Source: a virus. Taken from it: 11,800 bases of DNA. The stretch is taken from the UHGV virus genome UHGV-0208676, one strand, 5' to 3'. The notes beneath the pieces were generated by a model. It was given only the letters and a program-made list of their open reading frames with translations. It did not search any database and had not been told where the DNA came from. Position 1 is the first letter of the stretch. Each line of letters opens with the position of its first letter. The translations under genes and the position numbers were made by a program. Below are positions 1 through 7,500 of the stretch, one piece after another.

Positions 1-2
1 AT

Positions 3-920
3 GCGATCACCTGGCTTCGTGATCACCTTCTGGAACTAAAAGATGGTGTTGGCGGCTGGCAAAATGCACTGGAAATCCTTGGTACATTCATCGCGGGTGT
101 CTGGGTATCCAGGGTTCTGGGGGCTTTCGGGAAAATATCAGGTTTGCCGGTCCCGCCGTGGTTAAAAGGCTGGATGGCTTATGCTGCGTATTTGTACTCT
201 GATCGCGAAAATATTGGTGCCAGTGCGAAGTCATCCTGGGATTACACGAAACAAAATATTGGAGATTCATTGCGCTGGCTTGGCATTGATACCGATTTTG
301 GTCGTAATCCTCATACCGTAAAAGGCGCAAATATTCAGTCAGATATTCCAGGTGCTGAGCCGGAACAATATGCACAGGCTACGAAACGAGGAGAACGGAA
401 TAACAATCCGGGAAACCTTAATTTTGCTGGTCAGGCAGGGGCTTCTCTTGAACGCCCGGGCGGGCGATTTGCCAGATTTGAAACTGCCTTTGATGGATTA
501 CGGGCTCTTGCTCGTCAGTTAATGCTGTACGCCGGACGGGGAATAAACAGTGTGGAGAAAATTATCTCTACCTGGGCACCTGCGTCTGATAATAACAACA
601 CAACAGCGTATATCAGGGCTGTATCGCAACGACTGGGAGTGGATCCCCGGGCTGCCCTGAATATGAGTGATCCGCAAACCATGTCAGCATTGATGAGCAG
701 CATTATCCAGCATGAGAATGGAAGAAATATCTATTCTCGAGAGCTGATTAATAAGGCTGCCGTGGCGGGAATTAGTGGCAAAGTGACAGAGGTTAACCAG
801 CAAAATACCTACCACATTTACGGTGGCGGAGATCCGCACGCTGTCGGTAATGAGGTTGCACGTCGGCAACAGTCTGCAAATGCTCAGGTCATGCGAAGTA
901 ATCAGGTGAGGGTGGGTTAG
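3..920 (+). CDS. Tail tape-measure protein, C-terminal part (5'-partial; frame is open from the window start)
   Basis: The frame of the 144..920 ORF has no stop back to base 3, so the gene continues upstream of the window. Hydrophobic stretch near the start (ILGTFIAGVWVSRVLGAF), Gly/Asn-rich segment, and position directly upstream of baseplate genes with TAGTG stop-start overlap to the next gene. Function inferred from position and composition only. Confidence 0.45.
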   Translation, partial: AITWLRDHLLELKDGVGGWQNALEILGTFIAGVWVSRVLGAFGKISGLPVPPWLKGWMAYAAYLYSDRENIGASAKSSWDYTKQNIGDSLRWLGIDTDFGRNPHTVKGANIQSDIPGAEPEQYAQATKRGERNNNPGNLNFAGQAGASLERPGGRFARFETAFDGLRALARQLMLYAGRGINSVEKIISTWAPASDNNNTTAYIRAVSQRLGVDPRAALNMSDPQTMSALMSSIIQHENGRNIYSRELINKAAVAGISGKVTEVNQQNTYHIYGGGDPHAVGNEVARRQQSANAQVMRSNQVRVG

Positions 921-1507
921 TGGATATTCTCTCTACACTTTTTCATCAGCAGAGCAGAAAAATAGGAATGATTGTTCCCAGTGTTGTTATTTCAGAGAAG
1001 CATACAGATATGCTTGAAATAACAGAGCATCCGGTAGAGGTCGGGGCCGCTGTCGCTGATCATGCCTATAAAAAACCGTCAGAAGTGGTGATGGAGGTTG
1101 GTTTCGCCGGTGGCGGCGCATTGCTGGATTTTGCCAGTAACCTGACGGCTACCAGCCTGCTCGGCCTGAGTCCTCAGCAGACGTATCAGGAGCTACTGGG
1201 TCTGCAGGAAAGCCGTATCCCCTTCGATGTGGTAACCGGTAAACGGCTGTACAGCAACATGTTGATCCGGGCGCTGGAAGTGACGACGGACAAGACAACC
1301 GAAAACGTCCTGTCCGCTGTCCTCACCCTGAGGGAGGTCATTATCTCCCGGACACAGCAGATTACCGTCGCGGATAAAACCAACATGAAGGAAGGGGCCA
1401 GCACGTCGGCGGTACAGAACAGCGGCAACAAAACCACAAAGCCTCCAGATACTTCACTGCTGAAAAGCATCACGGGTAACGTGGCGTCATTACTGGGGGG
1501 CGGCTAA
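920..1507 (+). CDS. Hypothetical phage tail/baseplate-associated protein (195 aa), GTG start
   Basis: Long ORF, GTG start overlapping the upstream stop (TAGTG) and TAATG overlap with the next gene, indicating translational coupling within a tail operon. No motif recognised. Confidence 0.5.
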   Translation: MDILSTLFHQQSRKIGMIVPSVVISEKHTDMLEITEHPVEVGAAVADHAYKKPSEVVMEVGFAGGGALLDFASNLTATSLLGLSPQQTYQELLGLQESRIPFDVVTGKRLYSNMLIRALEVTTDKTTENVLSAVLTLREVIISRTQQITVADKTNMKEGASTSAVQNSGNKTTKPPDTSLLKSITGNVASLLGGG

Positions 1508-1809
1508 TGACAATTCAGGAAATTCCGCTGACAGCGGACAACCAGCAGTTCAGCATCGTCCTGGGTGGTGTCACCTGGCGGATTAGCATCATATGGCGCG
1601 ATCTGTACTGGATTATGGACCTGCAGAACGACAGAGGGGAGCCGGTAATCTCCGGTATTCCTCTCGTCACTGGTGCTGAGCTGCTGGCGCAGTACGCCTG
1701 TATGGGGCTTGGTTTTAAGCTGGTGGTGGTCTGTGATGACAACACACAGGATTACCCCACAAAAACTGACCTGGGCGGTCGCAGCCATTTACTGGTATCA
1801 ACGGAGTAA
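1507..1809 (+). CDS. Hypothetical small phage tail protein (100 aa)
   Basis: ORF coupled to the upstream gene (TAATG) and ending 2 nt before the next start; codon usage and GC similar to flanking tail genes. Confidence 0.5.
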   Translation: MTIQEIPLTADNQQFSIVLGGVTWRISIIWRDLYWIMDLQNDRGEPVISGIPLVTGAELLAQYACMGLGFKLVVVCDDNTQDYPTKTDLGGRSHLLVSTE

Positions 1810-1811
1810 GC

Positions 1812-2876
1812 ATGTCACAGAACTGGATGAGACATTTCGAGCTGCAGCTTGTGGACGGGAACGGTCAGGGAATTGAGCTAAGTGATTTCAAAGTCACCTT
1901 TACGATCGACTGGTTCAACATCAGCAGCGCGTCCCGGGTAGGGACTATCAAAATTTATAACCTCTCGGCAGATACTGTGAACCGAATTACCGGGCAGGAG
2001 TTTTCGAAAGTGCGTCTGATTGCCGGTTACGACGGTATCGCGCCGGAGGTGTCAGCAAGCGACGTAGGGACCGTGCGGGAAGTTGACGCGGCGGACGTGG
2101 GCCAGAGAGATGGCCGCAACTACGGACTGATTTTCAGCGGTGAAATTCGCTACTCGGTCACAGGAAAAGACAGTCCGGTTGATACCTACGTCCTGATTCA
2201 GGCAGCAGATACTGATCTGGCTTTTGCTACCAGTATAACCTCACAGACGCTGGCTGCCGGTTACACGGTCGCTGATGTGAACCGTGCGCTGATGAAAGAC
2301 TTCGAAGCCAAAGGCGCGACCGAAGGCCTGACGCCTGAAATGCCTGCTACTGTATTCCCTCGGGGGCGGGTACTCTTTGGCATGACGCGGCATCTAATGG
2401 ATAACGTAGCCGGACAATGTGGCGCAACATGGCAATTCGTGGACGGTCAGCGCCAGATGGTGGCGAATAACGAATATGTTCACGAAGCGATTGTGCTCAA
2501 CAGCGCTACCGGGCTTATTGGAATGCCGCAGCAGACTATCGGTAACGGCGTAAACGTCCGCGCGCTTATTAATCCGAACATCCGGGTTAACGGGCTCATT
2601 CAGCTGGATCAGGCTTCCGTCTATCGTACCGCGTTGTCGAACAACGATATTGCGATGGCTGGTGGTCAGATCACCGACCAGAACACGGACGGAAATATCA
2701 CGCTCAGCGGCACCACATCGCAGCCTGCCAGCATCGCAACGGATGGCGTTTATATTGTGCGCGGGATTATGTACACTGGCGACACAAGGGGCCAGGCGTG
2801 GTACATGGATATGATGTGTGAAGCGCGTGGCGCGGCGGATCTTGTTTCCTCATCAGCGAGGGAAAGAGGGCTTTAA
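1812..2876 (+). CDS. Putative baseplate hub protein (Mu gp44 / P2 gpD-like) of a contractile tail
   Basis: 354-aa ORF with a GGAG RBS 5 nt upstream, placed between tape measure and spike as in Mu-type tail modules, with similar size to Mu gp44. Assignment is by synteny and size, not by a recognised motif. Confidence 0.45.
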   Translation: MSQNWMRHFELQLVDGNGQGIELSDFKVTFTIDWFNISSASRVGTIKIYNLSADTVNRITGQEFSKVRLIAGYDGIAPEVSASDVGTVREVDAADVGQRDGRNYGLIFSGEIRYSVTGKDSPVDTYVLIQAADTDLAFATSITSQTLAAGYTVADVNRALMKDFEAKGATEGLTPEMPATVFPRGRVLFGMTRHLMDNVAGQCGATWQFVDGQRQMVANNEYVHEAIVLNSATGLIGMPQQTIGNGVNVRALINPNIRVNGLIQLDQASVYRTALSNNDIAMAGGQITDQNTDGNITLSGTTSQPASIATDGVYIVRGIMYTGDTRGQAWYMDMMCEARGAADLVSSSARERGL

Positions 2877-3208
2877 TGAAACGGTTATGTTTGGCGTTAG
2901 TTATGATGGTTACTGCTCCGGCGATGGCTGCAATTCAGTGCGGCAACTACACGATGACCGGTGACGGAATGACTGTTATTAACGGTGAAACTGTCACATC
3001 ACAGAAGATAAAATTTCTGGGAAAAGATGGTGACTATTCAAACATGAAAATGGACATGGGCCTGATGCCTTCCCGTGATGGTAACAATTACGGCTTTGAG
3101 TTTGTGAAACGTAACGGAAAAGCTTTCCTGAACGTCCAGCTGCTGCAGAACAGCATGGACGCGCCGAAAATCATTGGATCTTTCCCGTGTAAAAAGGCGT
3201 TACGCTAA
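2876..3208 (+). CDS. Small secreted protein (110 aa) with N-terminal signal peptide, possible moron
   Basis: N-terminus MKRLCLALVMMVTAPAMAA has a basic n-region, hydrophobic core and AxA signal peptidase I site; two Cys (mature N-terminal region and C-terminus). TAATG overlap with the hub gene stop. GC appears lower than the hub gene. Confidence 0.55.
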   Translation: MKRLCLALVMMVTAPAMAAIQCGNYTMTGDGMTVINGETVTSQKIKFLGKDGDYSNMKMDMGLMPSRDGNNYGFEFVKRNGKAFLNVQLLQNSMDAPKIIGSFPCKKALR

Positions 3209-3245
3209 AGTTTGATGTCAATCTTCCGAGATGAGCGCTTTAAGG

Positions 3246-3274
3246 TTGACGAGATATTGTTCAAAGTTCACAAT
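3246..3274 (+). promoter_or_regulatory. Candidate sigma70-like promoter for the inserted two-gene cassette
   Basis: TTGACG at 3246-3251, 17-nt spacer, CACAAT at 3269-3274 (weak -10, repeated once as cacaatcacaat), about 30 nt upstream of the 3304 start. Sequence pattern only. Confidence 0.25.
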
Positions 3275-3303
3275 CACAATCCCTTTAGTAAGAGAAATAA
3301 TCC

Positions 3304-4077
3304 ATGGCGGCAGGCATCCCATTAGAAAAAGCGCAAAAATATATTGAACAATTCAATGCGCTTCTATTGGATAGGGAAAGTTTAGATCCCTTCACTGAAA
3401 AGAAAATTCGAGAGGAACTTTCTGTCTCTCCAACGCCTGCTACCAACATTGCACTATCTTATCTGGATGCAATAACCGGAAAGATTGAAAGCGCGTTACG
3501 TTATCTCAGGATAAGCCTAGAAGTAAACGATGTAACGTTGGCAATGCACTATCATCACATTTTAATTAATACATTTAGCTATAATGAACTCAAGGATGTC
3601 TATGTCCCGCTGGCAAAGAAGTATCGGACAAAACTCTTTAGTCACAACGCATACAGTTGGGCGTACCGTTGCGGCGAGCGTGAACAGTTAAAATTTTATA
3701 TGGAAGAGCACATTAAGCTTCTTTCTGAATCAGAAGGCAGGAGTAATGCTATGAAGCACAAAGAAGAACTCCTTGCAGAAATGGATAATTTCTATAGCGC
3801 CACACAGTGCTCGAAGGAACAGTTCCAGACCTTAGCATCCATAATCTGGGGCTTGCTAAGTGAATACAAGGCTACGACAGGTTTCGTTCAGCTTAGTGGA
3901 AGCGGTTGCTATGTTGTTGATATTAAAAATCTTGAGCCTAAAACTATTGCCAAAATGAACTTCGACTTGGCTGATAGAGTCTGCGCTGAATCTAAACTGG
4001 ATGATTGTTCCCTGTTAGCTAGATTTACCTCTCCGCGTCAGTTGCATACGGGGGTGAGCTACCATGTCGGTAACTAG
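3304..4077 (+). CDS. Hypothetical protein (257 aa), first gene of an AT-rich accessory cassette
   Basis: ORF in a visibly AT-rich segment compared with flanking baseplate genes; preceded by a 95-bp non-coding gap; 14-nt overlap with the downstream gene. No catalytic motif recognised by eye. Confidence 0.7.
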   Translation: MAAGIPLEKAQKYIEQFNALLLDRESLDPFTEKKIREELSVSPTPATNIALSYLDAITGKIESALRYLRISLEVNDVTLAMHYHHILINTFSYNELKDVYVPLAKKYRTKLFSHNAYSWAYRCGEREQLKFYMEEHIKLLSESEGRSNAMKHKEELLAEMDNFYSATQCSKEQFQTLASIIWGLLSEYKATTGFVQLSGSGCYVVDIKNLEPKTIAKMNFDLADRVCAESKLDDCSLLARFTSPRQLHTGVSYHVGN

Positions 4078-4459
4078 CAATCAGATTCTCGATACCGCTC
4101 GATTATGTCTGTCTGAAAATATTGAGAGTGGATTTCGAAGCGCTATCTCAAGGGCGTATTACAGTATGTTACATGAGTCTATTAGCTCACTTACTGCCAT
4201 ACCGCATTTTACCCATGAGCATCACAAAAATACTGTGGGTTATATGTCAACGCCCTCAGAGTGCAAATCAGAGCCATACCCGACAAATACACTGAAATCC
4301 CTAGCTTTCGTACTTCGCCAGTGGCGGGATGCTAGAAATGAAGCTGACTATGATCTGACGAATGTGACTGTTTCGAAAGAGATGGGACAGGATGCAATCG
4401 AGGCTGCTGAACTCTATTTTGAGCGCTGGGAACAGCTAAAGTCTGCTAGAGTTTCATGA
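4064..4459 (+). CDS. HEPN-like protein (131 aa), second gene of the accessory cassette
   Basis: N-terminal helix motif SAISRAYYSMLHES and C-terminal LRQWRDARNEADYD resemble conserved helices of small HEPN-domain proteins, with Tyr where the canonical Rx4-6H histidine is expected. GGGGTGAG RBS; followed directly by an intrinsic terminator. Confidence 0.65.
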   Translation: MSVTSNQILDTARLCLSENIESGFRSAISRAYYSMLHESISSLTAIPHFTHEHHKNTVGYMSTPSECKSEPYPTNTLKSLAFVLRQWRDARNEADYDLTNVTVSKEMGQDAIEAAELYFERWEQLKSARVS

Positions 4460-4476
4460 ATAAAATTAACGTTATC

Positions 4477-4500
4477 AAACCCGCTTCGGCGGGTTTTTTG
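4477..4500 (+). terminator. Rho-independent terminator after the accessory cassette
   Basis: Stem AAACCCGC (4477-4484), loop TTCG, stem GCGGGTTT (4489-4496), then a T-run to 4499; sits 18 nt after the 4459 stop and upstream of the spike RBS. Confidence 0.8.
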
Positions 4501-4518
4501 CTTTCTGGAGCCTACTAA

Positions 4519-5271
4519 ATGGCAGTATCTGACCAGACCCGCAGCGGCGACCTTGCCGAAACATTCAAATCTGAACGGGAAACAACAAAGAACCAGATCC
4601 GTGTCGCCTTGCCTGGCATTATTCAGTCATTCGATCCTGATGCGGTGACGGCAGTTGTGCAGCCTGCTATCCGTTCGGTTGAAAAGGATAATGACGGCAA
4701 CCGCATTACCAAAAATTACCCATTGCTGGTGGATGTGCCAGTGGTATTCCCGCGCGGCGGAGGATGTACGCTAACGTTCCCAGTTAAAGCCGGTGATGAA
4801 TGTTTGGTGATTTTTGCCGATCGTTGTATTGATTTCTGGTGGCAGAGTGGCGGGATACAGGAGTCGGTCGATGACAGAATGCATGATTTATCGGATGCGT
4901 TTTGTATTGTCGGTCCCCAGTCGCAGGCAAGGAAGATTAGCGGTATTAATACCAGTGCCACACAGTTGCGTAGTGATGACGGCAGCACCTATTTTGAGCT
5001 TAATCCTGATACCAGGAAAATTAAAATTGTCGCTCCAGGTGGTCTTGATGTGGTTGCCCCTCTGGCTGATTTTTCTGAGAAAGTAACCATTCATGGCCTG
5101 TTAACCTGGATGGGGGGCATGGTGGGGTCTGTGGTTTCTGGTGTGGCTTCAAAAATCACTGGTGCTGTTGAGTTCTTGGGGAGCGTGAAGGCTAACGGCA
5201 AGCCAATCGATGATACGCACACTCATGGTGGTGTTCAGCGCGGTGGAAGCAATACCGACGGAGTAAACTGA
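4519..5271 (+). CDS. Baseplate central spike protein (P2 gpV / Mu gp45 family)
   Basis: GGAG RBS 8 nt upstream; central region VVFPRGGGCTLTFPVKAGDECLVIF is typical of gpV/gp45 spike OB-fold region; C-terminus carries HTH (H-x-H) as in metal-binding spike tips; followed by W-, J- and I-like genes in canonical order. Confidence 0.8.
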   Translation: MAVSDQTRSGDLAETFKSERETTKNQIRVALPGIIQSFDPDAVTAVVQPAIRSVEKDNDGNRITKNYPLLVDVPVVFPRGGGCTLTFPVKAGDECLVIFADRCIDFWWQSGGIQESVDDRMHDLSDAFCIVGPQSQARKISGINTSATQLRSDDGSTYFELNPDTRKIKIVAPGGLDVVAPLADFSEKVTIHGLLTWMGGMVGSVVSGVASKITGAVEFLGSVKANGKPIDDTHTHGGVQRGGSNTDGVN

Positions 5272-5624
5272 TGCGATACAGACGTGAAGACGCCGATGGC
5301 GATTACACCTTTGGCAGCGGTGATGACACCTGGCTGATTAACTCACCGGAGGCCGTGGCGCAGGCGGTAAAAACGCGATTCGAATTGTGGTATGGGCAAT
5401 GGTTTCTCGACACCACCGAGGGGACTCCGTGGATCCAGTCCGTACTCGGTAAGCAGAAGCCGGAAACCTACAACCTGGCGATCCGTAAGCGCATCCTCGA
5501 AACGCAGGGCGTTAAATCAATCCTCTCTTTCAATACGACGCTGGATACCACGACCCGACGTGTCATGTTTTCCGCTGAAATCGACACTCTTTATGGAATA
5601 ACGACTGTTACATCGGAGGCGTAA
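5271..5624 (+). CDS. Baseplate wedge protein (gp25 / GPW-like, Mu gp46 position)
   Basis: 117-aa ORF with ATGA-type overlap to the spike gene, GGAG RBS; size and position between V-like and J-like genes match the gp25/W slot. Confidence 0.7.
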   Translation: MRYRREDADGDYTFGSGDDTWLINSPEAVAQAVKTRFELWYGQWFLDTTEGTPWIQSVLGKQKPETYNLAIRKRILETQGVKSILSFNTTLDTTTRRVMFSAEIDTLYGITTVTSEA

Positions 5625-6823
5625 TGGCTCTGAACCTTGATTCTCTCGGTTTATCTGCAAAGGTAACCGCAGAGGGGATCAGTGCGCCTGATTATCAGAC
5701 GATACTCAGCACCCTGATTAGCTATTTTCAGCAGATTTATGGCAGTGATGCCTACCTCGAACCGGACAGCAAAGACGGCCAGATGGTGGCTCTGATGGCG
5801 CTGGCGATTCATGATGCCAATAATACTGCGATAACTGTCTACAACTGTTTTTCACCGGCAACCGGCTATGGGGCTGCACTGACCAGTAACGTGAAAATAA
5901 ATGGTATTTCACGTAAAGGCGCGACGAACTCTACGGTTGATTTGCTTCTTACAGGAACTGCCGGAACAACCATCATTAATGGCAGCGTGAAAGATGGTAA
6001 TAATGTGATATGGCGTTTGCCTGCTTCAGTGGTGGTCGGCGTGGATGGTACAGTGATGGCGACCGCAACATGTTCCGTCAGTGGTGCAGTGGCGGCGCTG
6101 GCTGGAACTATCACTGAAATTAATACGCCAACCCGTGGCTGGGTTTCGGTAACCAATCCTGCTGCAGCTACTGTAGGCACTCCGGCAGAAACTGATGCGG
6201 AGTTACGTATCCGTCAGTCGCAAAGTGTTGCGTTGCCATCAATAACCCCATTTGAAGCACTGGATGGTGCTGTTTCTAATGTTACCGGTGTAACCCGCCA
6301 CAAACTCTATGAAAACGATACTGGTTCAGAGGACGGTAACGGGTTACCGCCACACTCTGTTGCTGTAATTGTGGATGGCGGTGATGTGACGGATATTGCT
6401 CAGGCTATCAGAGGAAATAAAGGCCAGGGGACAGCCACTCACGGTACAACATCCGTTACGGTTCCGGATAAATACGGCAATCCCCATGTAATCAAATTCT
6501 CGCGTTCCAGTGATGTGCCTGTTTATGCCCGGATTAAATTAAAAGTTTTTACGGGTTATACCTCACAGATAGGGCAGCAGATCCAGCAGGCTATTTCCGA
6601 CTATATCAATAGTCTGATGATTGGTGATTCGGTCCTTTTAAGTCGCATTTACTCACCGGCGAATCTTGGCGTGGTGAGTGGCGGGAATGCACGCTATTAC
6701 GATATTCAGGAACTGACGATTGGGAAATCCCCGGGGGCTTTGTCGTCATCAAACATTGATATCAGATACAACGAATCTGCGTCCTGTACCCCGGAAAATA
6801 TCGTTATAACGGTGGAGTCATGA
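5624..6823 (+). CDS. Baseplate J-like protein (P2 gpJ / Mu gp47 family)
   Basis: 399-aa ORF with GGAGG RBS 5 nt upstream; size and position after the gp25-like gene and before an I-like gene; Gly/Thr/Val-rich central region typical of J-family wedge proteins. Confidence 0.75.
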   Translation: MALNLDSLGLSAKVTAEGISAPDYQTILSTLISYFQQIYGSDAYLEPDSKDGQMVALMALAIHDANNTAITVYNCFSPATGYGAALTSNVKINGISRKGATNSTVDLLLTGTAGTTIINGSVKDGNNVIWRLPASVVVGVDGTVMATATCSVSGAVAALAGTITEINTPTRGWVSVTNPAAATVGTPAETDAELRIRQSQSVALPSITPFEALDGAVSNVTGVTRHKLYENDTGSEDGNGLPPHSVAVIVDGGDVTDIAQAIRGNKGQGTATHGTTSVTVPDKYGNPHVIKFSRSSDVPVYARIKLKVFTGYTSQIGQQIQQAISDYINSLMIGDSVLLSRIYSPANLGVVSGGNARYYDIQELTIGKSPGALSSSNIDIRYNESASCTPENIVITVES

Positions 6824-7500
6824 GCAAATACACCGAACTAATCACGAACTACCACGCCACCAAACCTAAATTTCTTGCGCATGTTGATCTGATGACCCGG
6901 CCGCTTATTGATGTTGCGGCGGCCACCAGAGGGTTGATTACTGCATTTGATATTGACTCCGCGGTTGGTGTGCAACTTGACATTCTTGGATTGTGGATCG
7001 GACGTAGCCGTGTTGTCAGCCAGCCTATCTCAGGTGTCTATTTCAGCTGGGATACCGACGGGCTTGGATATGATCAGGGTGTATGGCAGGGGCCATACGA
7101 TCCTGATTCCGGATACATGTACCTCAGCGATGAAACTTATCGTGTCATCCTTAAAGCGAAGATTGCGATTAATAACTGGGACGGACGGAATGATTCGCTT
7201 CCGGTAATTCTTGACGCGGCAACAGCAGGATCCGGGCTGCGAATGCAGATAGTCGATAACCAGGACATGACGATATCGGTCTGGGTCTTTCCTGATACTG
7301 ATATTTCAGATGTATCGCGTGAGTTAATTGCGGCAATTAAACAGGGGTATCTAACAGTAAAAGCCGCCGGGGTATGGGCGGGGGGCATTGAAACACCTTC
7401 GGTGGAAACTCCATCGGAAGGCTCTAAATTTTTTGGTTTTGATATGGATAACGAATTCATCAGTGGTTTTGATGTAGGGGCATGGGGAGTATTACTCTGA
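6820..7500 (+). CDS. Baseplate wedge / tail-fibre attachment protein (P2 gpI-like, Mu gp48 / YmfQ-like position)
   Basis: 226-aa ORF overlapping the J-like stop by 4 nt (ATGA) and overlapping the fibre start (TGATG at 7498-7502); canonical position between J and the fibre. Confidence 0.7.
   Translation: MSKYTELITNYHATKPKFLAHVDLMTRPLIDVAAATRGLITAFDIDSAVGVQLDILGLWIGRSRVVSQPISGVYFSWDTDGLGYDQGVWQGPYDPDSGYMYLSDETYRVILKAKIAINNWDGRNDSLPVILDAATAGSGLRMQIVDNQDMTISVWVFPDTDISDVSRELIAAIKQGYLTVKAAGVWAGGIETPSVETPSEGSKFFGFDMDNEFISGFDVGAWGVLL

Noticed and set aside
88-375. Minus-strand 95-aa ORF overlapping the start of the tape-measure frame
   Set aside because: Lies antisense within a long + strand frame that is open from the window start; no RBS or motif support, so most likely a chance ORF.
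515-869. Two minus-strand ORFs (515-703, 684-869) inside the tape-measure gene
   Set aside because: Short, antisense to a long coding frame, and not protein-like in composition.
1186-1876. Several short ORFs on both strands overlapping the 920-1809 tail genes (1186-1473 -, 1504-1788 -, 1515-1745 -, 1673-1876 +)
   Set aside because: All nested in or antisense to coupled tail genes; no independent start signals.
3840-3900. Possible minimal nucleotidyltransferase motif (GSG...D) in the 257-aa cassette protein, which would make the pair a HEPN-MNT module
   Set aside because: The spacing between GSG and the following Asp (LSGSGCYVVD) is too short for the hG[GS]x9-13Dh[DE] signature, and the protein is far larger than MNT antitoxins.
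4716-5094. ORFs 4716-4988 (-), 4814-5086 (+) and 4888-5094 (-) within the spike gene
   Set aside because: Alternative-frame or antisense ORFs inside a well-supported spike gene; low-complexity translations.
5392-6180. ORFs 5392-5601 (+), 5718-5912 (-) and 5866-6180 (-) inside the gp25-like and J-like genes
   Set aside because: Overlap supported baseplate genes in other frames; the Arg/Ser-rich and Pro/Ala/Val-rich translations are typical of out-of-frame reads of GC-rich coding DNA.
7482-7499. ORF-track start of the tail fibre at 7482
   Set aside because: ATG at 7500 has a GGGGAG RBS at proper spacing and a TGATG stop-start overlap with the upstream gene, whereas 7482 has almost no spacer after the G-run. 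The 7500 start was preferred, though 7482 cannot be excluded.
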